From a bacterium (lineage in GTDB: Bacteria; Hinthialibacterota; Hinthialibacteria; Hinthialibacterales; Hinthialibacteraceae): a DNA stretch of 64,000 nucleotides. The notes beneath the pieces were generated by a model. It was given only the letters and a program-made list of their open reading frames with translations. It was not told the DNA's origin and made no database searches. This document shows, piece by piece, positions 21,000-33,600 of the stretch (its first letter is position 1; every line of letters starts with the position of its first letter). The stretch is from the NCBI GenBank assembly GCA_963662285.2, contig CAXXMV010000008.1:1568001-1632000 (forward strand), given 5' to 3'. The translations under genes were made by a program, and so were the position numbers.

Positions 21000-23479
21000 T
21001 GAAACGCTATTATATTTTATTGTTAGTTATTTTCTCGTTAGTCTGCGCTTACCAGAGCGGCGCCGCGCAATCTCAACCAATCGGCGGTCAAGCTTTGGAT
21101 TTGAATGATTCCAGTAATACGGTTGAATGGAACGCCCGATGGATTCAACACCCCATGTTCCGTAATATTCCCTTCCGCTATCAATACCGCAAGGATAAGG
21201 AAGCGGATGTATCGGGATATGAAGAGAAAGACCCCAGGAACATTCATACTCTGTTCCGTAAGGTTTTTGAATTAGGCGACCAAAAGATCAAAAGCGCTAA
21301 ATTGTTTATTACCGCTGATGATGTTTATAAACTCTATCTCAATGAGGAGTTCATCGGTCTGGGTCCGGCGCCCGGTTATCTGTTCGCCTATCCCTATAAC
21401 GCCTGGGATGTAACTGAGGCGTTGCAATCCGGTAAACTCAATTGCCTCGCAGTTCATGTTTATTATCAGGGGCTGGTCAACCGCGTATGGGGCAGCGGCG
21501 ATAACCTGCAAGGCTTGTTGGCGCAACTGGAAATCACTTATCAGAACGGGGAAACCGAAACCATCATTTCAGATGGGTCATGGAAATATCATCAAACCAA
21601 CGCTTATGATTCAGACCGGACTCTGGGTTACAAAACCCAATTCGCGGAAGATATTGACCTGCATCAGATAATGCCTGATTGGAAAACGGTTTCCTTTGAT
21701 GATGGGGATTGGGAAAAACCATTCGTGCGCGGCAATCCCACTCCGGGGCAGTATACCCTGGCCCCGCAGATCACTCCGCCATTGGCTTATGAAAAAGTTT
21801 GGCCCGAAAAAATTATTAAAACTGGTGAAGGCAGATACTTCATCGATTTTGGAACCGAATTGACCGGAACCACCTGTTTCCTCGTTTCAGGATCAGACGG
21901 GCATAAAGTGGAAATCCGCCACGGTGAAGAACTCATCAAAGAAAATGAAGTGCGCTTTGAAATGCGCGCTAGCTGCAAATATCAGGAGTTCATAACGCTG
22001 GCTGGACGTCAAAATGACCTGATCGAGTTTTTTGATTATAAAGGCTTCCGTTACGTCGAAGTGTTGAACTGGCCGGAAGAACTGAATAAAGATAACGTAT
22101 GGGTGCTCAACCGTCATTATCCCTTCCCCCAAGAGGCTTGCTCGTTCACCTCGTCCAACGATCTATTAAACCGCATCTGGCAGCTATGTGAAAATGGCGC
22201 CAAGCAGGGCGCGCAGGATACTTACCTCGATTGCCCTACGAGAGAAAAAGGCGGCTACCTGGGCGACGCTTACGTTACAGGTCAATCGCACCTCTATCTA
22301 ACCGGGGACGCGCTGGTTCTCAAAAAGACCTTGCAAGATTTCGCCTATTCGGCCCGCCTCTGTCCCGGTTTGATGGCTGTGGCGCCGGGTAATTTCATGC
22401 AGGAAATCGCCGACTATTCCCTGCTCTGGCCTATTATCGTTGAGCGCTATTATCTGTGGAGCGGCGATGAGCAATTCGTGCAATCAATGATCCCCATTTT
22501 GGACGGCCTGCTTGAGTGGTTTGCGCAATATGAGAATGAAACTGGTCTACTGGAAGCCGTCCCGGAAAAATGGAACCTGGTTGATTGGCCCAGCAACCTA
22601 CGCGACAACTATGATTTCGATGATAAAAAGATCGAGGGCGTTAACACGGTACTTAATCATTTCTACTATGGATGCTTACGGAGTTCCACCTGGTTATACC
22701 AATACACCGAAAAATCAACGAAAGCGCTCTCTACTAATAACAAAGCAACCCGACTAAAACAATCCATGCAGGATCAATTGATGAATCCAGCCACGGGCTT
22801 ATTCGTCGACTCGGCGGGGTCATCTCATTCGGCGTTGCATTCCAACGCCCTGTCTCCCATGTTCGGCGTTGCGCCAAAAGACGGGACTGATAAGCTGCTT
22901 GCGTTCCTGAGAAAGAAACGCATGGTCTGCGGAGTATATTTCGCCTCGTTCCTGCTCGAAGGTTTATACAATGCCGCTGAGGTTGATCTGGCTTATGATT
23001 TAATCACCTGTAAGGATATACATTCCTGGAACACCATGCTTGAGGCGGGCGCCACGACCTGCATGGAAGCCTGGGGACCCGAACAGAAATGGAACACCAG
23101 TTGGTGCCACCCCTGGAGCAGCTGCCCCATCTTCATCGTGGCGGGCGAACTAATGGGATTAAAACCGGGTAAACCAGGATGGGCGGAAATCGATTTTTCT
23201 CCCAAGCCACCCAAAGACCTGGAATCAGCTGAGTTGACTATCACAACTCCCAAGGGCGCGATAACAACCTCGTTCACGCAAACGGATAATGAGATCGTAT
23301 ATAAACTACTGGTTCCCGAAGGCAGCGCAGCCAATGTTACCTTCATAAATGCCAAGAGCATCATGCTTGATGGCAATCCAGTTAAGGCCAAGCAGCGTAT
23401 AGCCTCCGCTTCAGTCATATATAGTAAACTACCCATGCGCCTTCAGCCCGGCGAACATACCCTGAAGGTTTATCGTTAG
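21000..23479 (+). CDS. GH78 alpha-L-rhamnosidase family protein
   Basis: DFGTE, GFRYVEV, DCPTREK, GATTCMEAW, SWCHPWS motifs; GTG start read at 21000 (track lists 20999). Confidence 0.9.
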
Positions 23480-23556
23480 AGCTAACATGACAGTTCAGTT
23501 ATATGAAGACTATGCTTTATACAAAGTGATTATTAGAATTTTTATAAGGATTTGTC

Positions 23557-23780
23557 GGGTGGCAAGGGCAGTGTATTTTCTGCCCTTGATTCAATTCACC
23601 TATTTCATTTCAATAATTTTTATCAATGTTTCACTAAGAACACAGAATCATAATTAATAGTATCGATATTGTGATTCAAGCGTCTACAATTCACTATAAA
23701 AGGATAAATAATCATAAGAATTATTCCTTTAATACACAGTATTTAAGTCAAGGGCAGAAAGGACACTGCCCTTGGCACCC
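23557..23780. mobile_element. MITE/REPIN family B, 224 bp
   Basis: Same terminal inverted repeats and homologous interior as 4832-4989, opposite orientation, with an extra segment between repeated aatcataa. Confidence 0.8.
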
Positions 23781-23926
23781 ACATAGTCTTTAATCAAAAC
23801 AAAACTTGTGGGTAAAGATCAGAGGCTTGGGGGAGGGATAACGCACTTCAATTGTCTGACCTATTATGATCGAACATGGTAATATACATTACGTGAAGCA
23901 ATCAAATAGATTAAGGATACATTACT

Positions 23927-25699
23927 ATGACCAGCATCAGACTTGCATTATTAACAACCATCGCGCTTGTCACGGTGAGTCATACAGGAGTTGCGCAAGA
24001 AGCCAAGCAGCTTAATAAAGTGTGGGATACCTTCAGCGACTGCTGGACGGCGACGGATAGTCTTGGGCGGCCTGTCGCCGATCACGCCATCACTGGCGAC
24101 GTGCGACCAGAAAAAACCGTGGCTCTTTTCTATTACATCTGGCATGGTCAACATACCACCCGGCTTTATGATATAGCCAAGATTCTTAAGCAAAATCCAG
24201 AGGAGCCAGTTTGGGGCCCGGTTCACGCCTTTCATCATTGGTCAGAGCCGCTCTATGGATATTACCGGGCCGATGATGAATACGTAGTGCGGAAGAATGC
24301 GCAGATGCTGGCCGACGCTGGCGTCGACGCTATCTTTTTCGACGTCACCAACGCGCTTCCCTACACCGAGATTTACATGAACCTGTGCCGCATCTATGCG
24401 GATATCAGAAAACAAGGCGGGCGCACGCCGCAGATCGCCTTCCTTACCAATACCAGTTCGGGCAAGACGGTTCAATCGATCTATGAAGACCTATACGCCA
24501 AGGGGCTGTACCGTGACCTATGGTTTTATTGGAAGGGTAAACCGATAATCCTGGCTAAATCCGAAGAGATGACCGAAGAACAGCGGGAATTTTTCACCAT
24601 CCGCCGTTCTTGGGCCTGGCAACCGGGACAGGATCAATGGCCCTGGCTGGAACATTATCCCCAAAAAGGCGGTTGGAGCGAGAGTCCTGATAAAATAGAA
24701 CAAATGGTTGTCGAAACCGCCCAGCATCCCCTCAACCACAATGATGGTCTGGGGCTGGGCAAAAGTTTTCACAATGGCGTTCAACCGGCGCCGGGCAACT
24801 ATCAAAGCGAAAAGGGTTATTGCTTCGCGGAACAATGGAAACGCGCCCTTGAGGTTGACCCTGAGTTGATCTTCATCACCCAATGGAACGAATGGATCGC
24901 CATGCGCTTTCTGGCCGATAAGCCCATGATGCTGGCCGGCAAGCAATTGCAGTCGGGCGATTCGTATTTCGTCGATTTATTCAGCATGGAATTCAACCGC
25001 GATATCGAACCGATGAAGGGCGGCTATCAGGATAACTATTATTACCAGATGGTTGACGGCATCCGAAGGTTTAAGGGAACGCGCAAGCAAGCGCCGCCAT
25101 CCGCAGCCAAGACCATCGACTTGAAAGATTTTTCAACGTGGAGCAACGTGCAACCCGAATACCGCGATGATATGGGCGACACCTATCACCGTGATCATCC
25201 CGGCTATGGCGAGCTGCATTACACCAATACTACGGGACGCAATGATTTCAAGATAGCCAAAGCCGCCCGCGACAATGACAACATCTATTTTTATATAGAA
25301 ACGGTTGAGCCTATTTCTCCAAAAACGGGAACCAATTGGATGACGCTCTTGGTTCAATTGGACGATTTGACCAAACCATCCTGGGAGGGATGGCATTACC
25401 TGGTTCAACCATCTAGCGACGCCAGCGATTCTCCATTAGCGCTTTATAAATCAAAGGGTGGATGGAATTGGGAAAAGGTTGGCGACATTACCTATCATCT
25501 AAATAAAGAACGCATGTCGCTAAGCATTCCACGTAGTATGTTAAGTATTCATAATGATATCAACATCCGATTCAAGTGGTCGGATAACATGCAGGAACAT
25601 GATCCACTGGATTGGATACTGAACGGCGATACAGCGCCCAATGGACGGTTTCAATACCGGTATGCAACAACAGCTACTATAAAGAAAGCCCAAAATTAA
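23927..25699 (+). CDS. Secreted GH99/GH71-like glycoside hydrolase
   Basis: VALFYYIWH, HHWSEPLYGYY, AGVDAIFFD, ITQWNEW motifs. Confidence 0.65.
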   Translation: MTSIRLALLTTIALVTVSHTGVAQEAKQLNKVWDTFSDCWTATDSLGRPVADHAITGDVRPEKTVALFYYIWHGQHTTRLYDIAKILKQNPEEPVWGPVHAFHHWSEPLYGYYRADDEYVVRKNAQMLADAGVDAIFFDVTNALPYTEIYMNLCRIYADIRKQGGRTPQIAFLTNTSSGKTVQSIYEDLYAKGLYRDLWFYWKGKPIILAKSEEMTEEQREFFTIRRSWAWQPGQDQWPWLEHYPQKGGWSESPDKIEQMVVETAQHPLNHNDGLGLGKSFHNGVQPAPGNYQSEKGYCFAEQWKRALEVDPELIFITQWNEWIAMRFLADKPMMLAGKQLQSGDSYFVDLFSMEFNRDIEPMKGGYQDNYYYQMVDGIRRFKGTRKQAPPSAAKTIDLKDFSTWSNVQPEYRDDMGDTYHRDHPGYGELHYTNTTGRNDFKIAKAARDNDNIYFYIETVEPISPKTGTNWMTLLVQLDDLTKPSWEGWHYLVQPSSDASDSPLALYKSKGGWNWEKVGDITYHLNKERMSLSIPRSMLSIHNDINIRFKWSDNMQEHDPLDWILNGDTAPNGRFQYRYATTATIKKAQN

Positions 25700-25730
25700 T
25701 TTATAGATATCAATAGATTCGGAGAAAATC

Positions 25731-28700
25731 ATGAATAAAACATCCTTCGCGAAACATCTTTGTTTAAGCATCTCTCTCTTGTTTATCCTATCATATCAGA
25801 GCCATGCGCAATCATCCGTCAGCGATTTGTCCATCGATTCACTGCAATGTGAATACCTGACCAATCCATGCGGTATTGATGAGACGGCGCCCCGGCTTAG
25901 TTGGATAGTGAAATCTGAAACCAGGGGGCAGAAGCAGACCGCTTATCAAATTCTGGTCGCATCAAATCCCGACATACTGGCATCAGATAAGGGAGACTTG
26001 TGGGACAGCCGCAAGATAGAGAGCAGCGAAACCGTGAATATTGTTTATTGCGGTAAAAATCTGCTTTCGCGTAAGGTCTGCTATTGGAAAGTGCGCGCCT
26101 GGGATAAGGATAGCCGCGCCTCTTCGTGGAGCAAGCCAGCGCAATGGTCTATGGGTCTCCTTCAGCCAAACGATTGGAAAGCGGAGTGGATCAGTTTCAA
26201 AGACGATGCGCCCATCCAAGCGACTCCACAGAATATGGAACTTCCCCCCGCCCGCTATTACCGCAAATCCTTTTCACTCAATAAAACAATACAACGCGCC
26301 ACTATCTATTCAACGGCGCTTGGAATTTACGAACTGCAAATCAATGGTGAACGCATCACCCGGCAAATGTTCACTCCCGGATGGTCTGATTATAACCAAC
26401 GGGTTTACTACAACACGTTTGACGTAACCGGGATGATCAAAAGAGGAAAGAACGCACTGGGCGCCATCGTGGCGGATGGCTGGTACAGTGGATACCTGGG
26501 CTACGCCCTGCTGGTTGGCTATGGCCCCGACAAATGCGGACGTTACATCTATGGCAAGACGCCCAGTTTGATGACCCAGTTGGAAATTGAATATCAGGAT
26601 GGCTCAAAGTCTATCATCAAAACCGATAAAACCTGGAAAGTAAGCACTGGCCCCATTGTTCATTCCGACATGCTGATGGGTGAAACCTATGACGCGCGTC
26701 TGGAACAAAAAGGTTGGAGCACATCAGAATACAGCGATATTACCTGGGATAACGCTATCAGGGCGGAGGAAAACGGCAGTCTCAAAAAGACATTCTACGA
26801 TCAAGGCGGGGCGCGTGAAATTGACTTGGGTTTCAGCACTCCAAAAAAAATCCAAGCCTATCCTTCCGTTCCAATACAACCTACTGAATTAATTAATCCG
26901 GTTGAAATCACCGAACAGGCGCCCGGCGTTTATATTTTCAACCTGGGTCAAAACTTTTCCGGCGTCGTACGAATTAAAGTCCACGGCGAGGAAGGTTCTA
27001 AAATCCAAATCCGTCATGGTGAAATGCTGCATCCCGATGGCCGCCTGATGACCGAAAACCTGCGCAAAGCCAAAGCGACTGACGAATATATTCTGCGGGG
27101 CGATGAAGGCTATGAAACCTGGATGCCGCGCTTCACCTATCATGGATTCCAATTCGTCGAGTTGACCGGACTGACTGAAAAACCAACCCTCGAAACTGTC
27201 ACCGGCATCGTCATCCATTCCGACACGCCGATGGTCAGTTCGTTTGAATGTTCCGACCCCATGGTAAATAAACTTTTCAAAAACATCACCTGGACCCAAC
27301 GCGCTAATTTCTTCGAGATTCCCACCGACTGCCCGCAACGCGATGAGCGGTTCGGCTGGACTGGCGATGCTCAGATCTACGTACGCGCCGCCTGCTATAA
27401 CGCCGACGCCGCCGCCTTCTACACCAAGTGGCTCGACGACCTGGAAGAAGCGCAGTTGCCCAATGGCGCCTATCCCGATTACGCGCCTTATCCCATGATG
27501 CATGGCAAACCGCAGCGGGGATTCGCCACGGCCTGGATGGACGCGGGAATCATCTGCCCCTACACCGTTTATAAAGTCTACAACGACCTGCGCGTCATCG
27601 AACGGCATTACGACTCAATGCAACGCTTTATGCAATTCCGTCAGACCAACAGCCCCGACTACCTGGGCGTCAATATCGGTAATGGCTGGGGCGACTGGCT
27701 GTCGCTGGATCAGAACACGCCCATTGAATATATCGACACGGTATATTTCGCCAACAGCGCCAAATTGATGTCTGAAATGGCCGCCGCTATTGGTAAAACA
27801 GATGACGCCGAAACTTACCAAAAGTTATTCCAAAACATCAAAAACGCTTTCCAGGAAAAATATATCGATGCGGAAGGCAAACTGACCATCGACAACCAAA
27901 CCACCTACGCCATCGCGCTTGACGTGGACCTGATTCCCGACAAATTCCGCCAATCAGCGGCGGATCGGCTGGTTGAACTGATCGAGCAAAACGAAACCCG
28001 CATGAGCACCGGATTCCTGGGAACCCGTCCGCTATTGCCCGTGCTTACAGATACAGGTCATAACGACCTGGCCGTACAACTGCTGCAAAGCCGCCGCTTC
28101 CCATCATGGGGCTATGAAGTAGCCAACGGCGCGACGTCGATCTGGGAACGTTGGAATAGTTATACCAAAGACAAGGGGTTCTTCAGCGTCTCCATGAATT
28201 CATTCAGCCACTATTCATTCGGCGCGGTATGCGAGTGGATGTTCCGCGACCTGGCCGGGATCGACGCGCAAGAGGGCGGGTTTAAAAATATCATCATCAA
28301 ACCTAATCCCCCCACGCCGGGATCAAATCCAGAGCACAAAGCGATCAACTGGGTCAAAGCGCAATACAAATCAAACCGGGGTCTGATCAAAACCCAATGG
28401 AAACTAGAAGCCGACCAGTTTCAACTGGACGTTGCGATTCCCGCCAACACTCAGGCGACGGTCTATTTACCTGCTGTTGCGCTAAACAAAGTTATGGTCA
28501 ACGATAAAAACGTAGATAAAGCCGATGGAGTAAGCGTGACAGGTATGGAGGAGGATCGGACCATACTGACCATCGAATCTGGACAGTACCGCTTCGAATC
28601 AACCATGAATGTTAGTGCTCCAAAGAAAACAACATCACTGTTCCAAGGCAAGCCGTATAAAGGCGGAGATACTTTCGCCGATACATGGGTCGCCACCGAC

Positions 28701-30359
28701 GACCTGGGTAGAAAAGCGCCCGACGCAGCCCAATGCGGCCCCGTAAAAAAAGATAAATGGGTGGGAATCTTCTATTGGACATGGCACACGCCAGGACGCG
28801 GCGGCCCCTACGATAACACCAAGATACTGGCGACCGCCAAGGATGGCGCAGTAGAATGGCCGCCCACACAAGGCTCGCATCACTGGGGCGAACCGGAACT
28901 GGGTTACTACCTGATGACCGATCCCTTTGTCATCCGCAAACACGCCAGCATGTTAGTCGACGCCGGGGTTGATGTTGTATTATTCGACACCACCAATCCA
29001 CCCTTCACCTGGAAGGATCAATACGAAGCCTTGTGCCGCGAGTATACCGCCATGCGTCAAGAAGGCGCCCGGACGCCTCAGATCGGTTTCATCGGCCCCT
29101 TTGGCAATCCATGTCCAGTAACCGATATCCTGTGGAAGGATTTGTATAAACCGGGCAAATGGAAAGACCTGTGGTTCGAGTGGGATGGTAAGCCATTTAT
29201 ATTAGCGAACAAAGAATATATCAAAGATAAAGAGATGTTGGATTTCTTCACCTTCCGCCGCCCCATGCCTGATTACTGGATCGGACCCAGCGGGCCGGAT
29301 CAATGGAGTTGGCTGGAAGTGCATCCTCAGCACGTTTTCAAAAACAGCCAGGGCGAAACGGAGCAAATGAGCGTCGGCGTCGCCCAAAACGCCATACCTA
29401 ACACCCCCGGCCCTGCCCCCATGAGCCACAAAATCGGCGCCATGGGACGCAGCTGGAGCAACGGCAAAAAAGATCCGCGCCAGGATGCGGTAAACCTGGG
29501 ACTCAATTTCGACGAACAATGGAACCGCGTCATGGAAGTAAACCCAAAGTTCGTCTTCGTAACGGGATGGAACGAATGGATCGCAGGCCGTTATTATAAA
29601 TGGTCCAAATACACCGATGGTGATTGCTACTATCCCGGCGGCATGTTCGTTGATCAATACAATCATGAATACAGCCGCGATTGCGAACCAATGCGCAGCG
29701 GACATACCGACAACTACTACTATCAACTGGCCAGCTGGATTCGGCGCTACAAAGGCGTCAGAGAACAACCTACAGCCCAAGGTTCGAGCGAAATAACCAT
29801 CGATGGTTGCTTTAATGACTGGAGCAAGGTTACTCCAGAGTTCCACGACGCAATCGGCGATACCAGCCACCGCGACCATCCGGGATACGGAGAACTGGTT
29901 TACCAGAATGATACCGGCCGCAACGATTTTGTAATTAGCAAGGCGGCCTATGATGAGAACAACATGTATTTCTTCGCGCAGACTTTGGAAAACATCACGC
30001 CCCATACAGACCCGTTCTGGATGCTGCTACTGCTTGACGCGGATCAAGACGCCAGCACTGGCTGGTTAGGCTATGATTTCATCATCAATCTCGAAACGCT
30101 GAGTTCAACCAAAACCACCATAAAAAAATGGAGCAATGGAAACTGGCAAAATGCTGGGGAAACCTCATATAATGTCAATGGCAACGGTTTGGAATTATCC
30201 ATCCCCCGATCCATGATCGGCATGACTGGAGTAACACCGTCACTAGATTTTCATTGGGCGGATAACATCCAGAGTTTCGCTGATGTATCAGAACTGGGCG
30301 TCAATGGAGACAGCGCCCCCAACCGGAGATGGAACTACCGCTATCAAACAGCGCAATAA
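25731..30359 (+). CDS. GH78 alpha-L-rhamnosidase fused to a C-terminal GH99-like module
   Basis: PRLSW, PRFTYHGFQF, TDCPQRDERFGWTGD, GATSIWERW, SFSHY; last about 570 aa paralogous to 23927-25699. Confidence 0.9.
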   Translation: MNKTSFAKHLCLSISLLFILSYQSHAQSSVSDLSIDSLQCEYLTNPCGIDETAPRLSWIVKSETRGQKQTAYQILVASNPDILASDKGDLWDSRKIESSETVNIVYCGKNLLSRKVCYWKVRAWDKDSRASSWSKPAQWSMGLLQPNDWKAEWISFKDDAPIQATPQNMELPPARYYRKSFSLNKTIQRATIYSTALGIYELQINGERITRQMFTPGWSDYNQRVYYNTFDVTGMIKRGKNALGAIVADGWYSGYLGYALLVGYGPDKCGRYIYGKTPSLMTQLEIEYQDGSKSIIKTDKTWKVSTGPIVHSDMLMGETYDARLEQKGWSTSEYSDITWDNAIRAEENGSLKKTFYDQGGAREIDLGFSTPKKIQAYPSVPIQPTELINPVEITEQAPGVYIFNLGQNFSGVVRIKVHGEEGSKIQIRHGEMLHPDGRLMTENLRKAKATDEYILRGDEGYETWMPRFTYHGFQFVELTGLTEKPTLETVTGIVIHSDTPMVSSFECSDPMVNKLFKNITWTQRANFFEIPTDCPQRDERFGWTGDAQIYVRAACYNADAAAFYTKWLDDLEEAQLPNGAYPDYAPYPMMHGKPQRGFATAWMDAGIICPYTVYKVYNDLRVIERHYDSMQRFMQFRQTNSPDYLGVNIGNGWGDWLSLDQNTPIEYIDTVYFANSAKLMSEMAAAIGKTDDAETYQKLFQNIKNAFQEKYIDAEGKLTIDNQTTYAIALDVDLIPDKFRQSAADRLVELIEQNETRMSTGFLGTRPLLPVLTDTGHNDLAVQLLQSRRFPSWGYEVANGATSIWERWNSYTKDKGFFSVSMNSFSHYSFGAVCEWMFRDLAGIDAQEGGFKNIIIKPNPPTPGSNPEHKAINWVKAQYKSNRGLIKTQWKLEADQFQLDVAIPANTQATVYLPAVALNKVMVNDKNVDKADGVSVTGMEEDRTILTIESGQYRFESTMNVSAPKKTTSLFQGKPYKGGDTFADTWVATDDLGRKAPDAAQCGPVKKDKWVGIFYWTWHTPGRGGPYDNTKILATAKDGAVEWPPTQGSHHWGEPELGYYLMTDPFVIRKHASMLVDAGVDVVLFDTTNPPFTWKDQYEALCREYTAMRQEGARTPQIGFIGPFGNPCPVTDILWKDLYKPGKWKDLWFEWDGKPFILANKEYIKDKEMLDFFTFRRPMPDYWIGPSGPDQWSWLEVHPQHVFKNSQGETEQMSVGVAQNAIPNTPGPAPMSHKIGAMGRSWSNGKKDPRQDAVNLGLNFDEQWNRVMEVNPKFVFVTGWNEWIAGRYYKWSKYTDGDCYYPGGMFVDQYNHEYSRDCEPMRSGHTDNYYYQLASWIRRYKGVREQPTAQGSSEITIDGCFNDWSKVTPEFHDAIGDTSHRDHPGYGELVYQNDTGRNDFVISKAAYDENNMYFFAQTLENITPHTDPFWMLLLLDADQDASTGWLGYDFIINLETLSSTKTTIKKWSNGNWQNAGETSYNVNGNGLELSIPRSMIGMTGVTPSLDFHWADNIQSFADVSELGVNGDSAPNRRWNYRYQTAQ

Positions 30360-30363
30360 TAAC

Positions 30364-30448
30364 GTAGGGCGCGCCCCTTGTGGGCGCCCGGAATACGCAT
30401 CAACCACGGGTGAAAGCATAATCGGGTAACCACAAGGGTTACCCCTAC
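30364..30448. repeat. GTAG REP doublet, family E
   Basis: GTAGGGCGCGCCCCTTGTGGGCGCCCGG ... GGGTAACCACAAGGGTTACCCCTAC; first unit is the exact reverse complement of 43893-43920. Confidence 0.8.
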
Positions 30449-30481
30449 ATTTGATGATCATTCCTGGTAGTTAGACACGAT

Positions 30482-30514
30482 GGGTGCCAAGGGCAGTGTA
30501 TTTTCTGCCCTTGA
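30482..30514. repeat. Family B REP (solo end)
   Basis: GGGTGCCAAGGGCAGTGTATTTTCTGCCCTTGA. Confidence 0.8.
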
Positions 30515-30628
30515 TCAAGCCACCCAATATAAGGTGAACTGAAAACGTTTTCAACAATTTTATTTTATGTCGGGTATTTAACATTGTTTTTAACATATCA
30601 AGCAATCTAAACTATACGGAGTCTTTCC

Positions 30629-33600
30629 ATGAAATTTCCTTTCGAGCAGGTTGAGTCGCGTCTTAAAGAATTTTCGCAACGTCAATACTACTATTCACGC
30701 ATCGAGCGCTGCCAGAATATCCGAATCGCTAATGACGACATCGGCGATCCATTCGACTTTGCCGTAAAAAACGGCCAATGGAAAAAGTTCAGCGCCGGTC
30801 AAAAATGGCCTGATATAGATTCATATTACTGGCTGCAAGCGCAGGTCTGCACGCCTGACGATTTCCCCAAGGCGCCGCTGCTATTATTGATGCGGCTTTC
30901 AAAAGACCTGACCCTGCATACTCCTGAGGGCATGGTATACGTCGATGGAAAGATGCGTCATGGCATCGACCGTATGCATGACGTGGTGCGGCTCAGCGAG
31001 TCAGCTGTCGCAAACCAGAAATATCAGATAGCCGTGCGGGTCTATTCCGGCTCGCCCATGATTGACCTGCGGCCCGCATCCGTCCAGCCCGCCCAATTGG
31101 AGGAATGCGCTGTGGCTTCGTTGAATCAGGCGGCCTATGATTTTTATCATCAAGCCCGAACCATGCATCAAGCCATTGCCACCATGCCCGATGATTCCTA
31201 CATTCGCGGTCAGCTGCTGGGTTTATTGGTCGAAGCCTTCAACCGAATTGATTATTGCTACCCCCGCTCAGACGAGTTCTATGCATCAATCACCAAATCC
31301 TTGCGCTTGCTGAAAAGTGAACTAAAAAAGATCGACGTCCCGCCTTTACCCGAAACCGTAACCGGGGTGGGACATTCCCATATCGACGTAGCCTGGTTAT
31401 GGCCGCTAAGCCGCACCCGCGAAAAATCAGCCCATACTTTCTCCACCGTACTCGACTTAATGGAACGCTATCCCGACTATAAATTCGTGCAAAGCCAGGC
31501 TCAGCTCTATGAATACATCAAACAGGATGAGCCGGGGCTTTATAAAAAGATCAAGCAAAAAATCAAAAACGGCCAATGGGAAGCCGAAGGCGGCATGTGG
31601 GTTGAAGCCGACTGCAACCTCACCTCCGGCGAATCGCTGGTCCGGCAGTTCTTGTATGGCCAGCGATTCTTTGAAGATGAACTGGGCGTCAAATGCAAGA
31701 CCCTGTGGCTGCCGGATGTTTTCGGCTACAGCTGGGCGCTGCCCCAGATTCTCAAAGGCGCCGAAATCGAAAACTTCGTCACCTCAAAAATTTCCTGGAA
31801 CCAATACAACCAGATGCCCTTCGATCTGTTCCGCTGGCGCGGCATGGATGGCAGCGAAGTGCTGACCAGTTTCCTGACCGCGCCCTGCCACCAATGGTTC
31901 TACACTTACAACGGCTTGATGGAACCCGGTGAAATCAAGGGAACCTGGCAGAATTTCAAACCAAAATCGCTGCACAACGAAGTGCTGCTATCCTATGGAT
32001 ACGGCGACGGCGGCGGCGGCCCGACCGAAGAGATGCTGCAAACCGCCCGATGCCTCAAAGACATGCCCGCCTTCCCCAAGACCCGGTTGGGCCGGGTTGA
32101 TGAATACCTGGAGAGGCTCGAACCAACCCGCAGCCAGGCCCCGGTTTGGAATGGCGAACTGTATCTCGAATACCACCGCGGCACCTATACCTCGCAGGCG
32201 CAGAACAAACGCTTCAACCGTCAATCGGAATTACTAATGCAGCAGACCGAACTGATCGCCAGTCTGGCGGCGCTGGCCGGAACCAAATACCCCCGTCAAC
32301 GCATACGTAAAGTATGGGAAAAGATTCTGCTCAACCAGTTCCACGACATAATTCCCGGATCATCGATCCACGAAGTATATGAGGAGAGCACAGAGGATTA
32401 TCAGTGGATACGCGAAGAGGCTGAGTCCATTATCGCTGAGTCATGCGCTAAACTCACTAAACCAACCGGTAAGCAGAAATGCTATTCCATCTTTAACACG
32501 CTGGGCTGGATGCGCTTTGAGCCGCTGCTTCTTGCAGGAATCGAAGCCGATTCCATCCTTGACTCGGATGGCGATGTAATTGAAACGCAAACTATTGAGA
32601 GGGTGGATGGCGAAAAGCAGTTGCTGGCTGATTGGGATTTTGAACCATTCAGCGCCGTCACCATTCAAGAAAACAAAACAACATCCGAGTCCGGGACGGA
32701 TGAGTGCGAATCCAGTTTCCGCATCACCAAAAAACTGATCGAAAACGAAGTGCTGCGCGTCAATCTCAATGCTTACGGCGAGATAACCTCAATCTACGAC
32801 AAAGAAGCCCATCGCGAAGTTCTGGCTGACGGCGAAAAAGGCAATGTCTTCCAAGCCTTCGAAGACAAGCCGCTGCAACACGACGCCTGGGATATCGACC
32901 TGTTCTATCAGGATAAAATGATATCAACCGGCGAAAAAGCCGAGATAGAAATCATCGATAACGGTCCACTGCGCGCCACGCTTAAAATTCGCAAGACCAT
33001 ACTCAATAGCGCGATCGAACAGAACATCTCGCTCTACCGCGACTCTAACCGGATTGATTTTGATACCAAAGTTGATTGGTTCAATAAAGACACTCTGCTC
33101 AAAGCAGCCTTCCCGGTTGCGATTAACGCCAGCGCGGCGACCTATGATATCCAGTTCGGCAACGTGCAACGCCCCACCCATTTCAACACCAGCTGGGATT
33201 GGGCCAGATTCGAGACCTGCGCCCACAAATGGGTCGACCTATCCGAGGGGTATTACGGCGTCAGCCTGATCAACGACTGCAAGTATGGCCACGACATCCA
33301 CGACCACACCATCAGGTTGACTTTAATCAAATGCGCTGGTTTCCCCGACCCGCTGGCTGATGTGGGAACTCACCGCTTCGCCTACAGCCTCGTTCCTCAT
33401 ATGGGTGACTGGCGCGACGCCTGCATCCCCCAGATGGCCTATGAATTCAACTCGGCGCCCCTGGTGCTTGAGGGATCATGGAATCACCCGCTGTTGCCCG
33501 AAGATCAACCATTCATCGAAGTGAACAGCGCTAACATCATTGTCGAGTCGGTGAAATTCGCCGAGAAGGAAGACGCGCTTATCGTTCGCCTTTTCGAATG

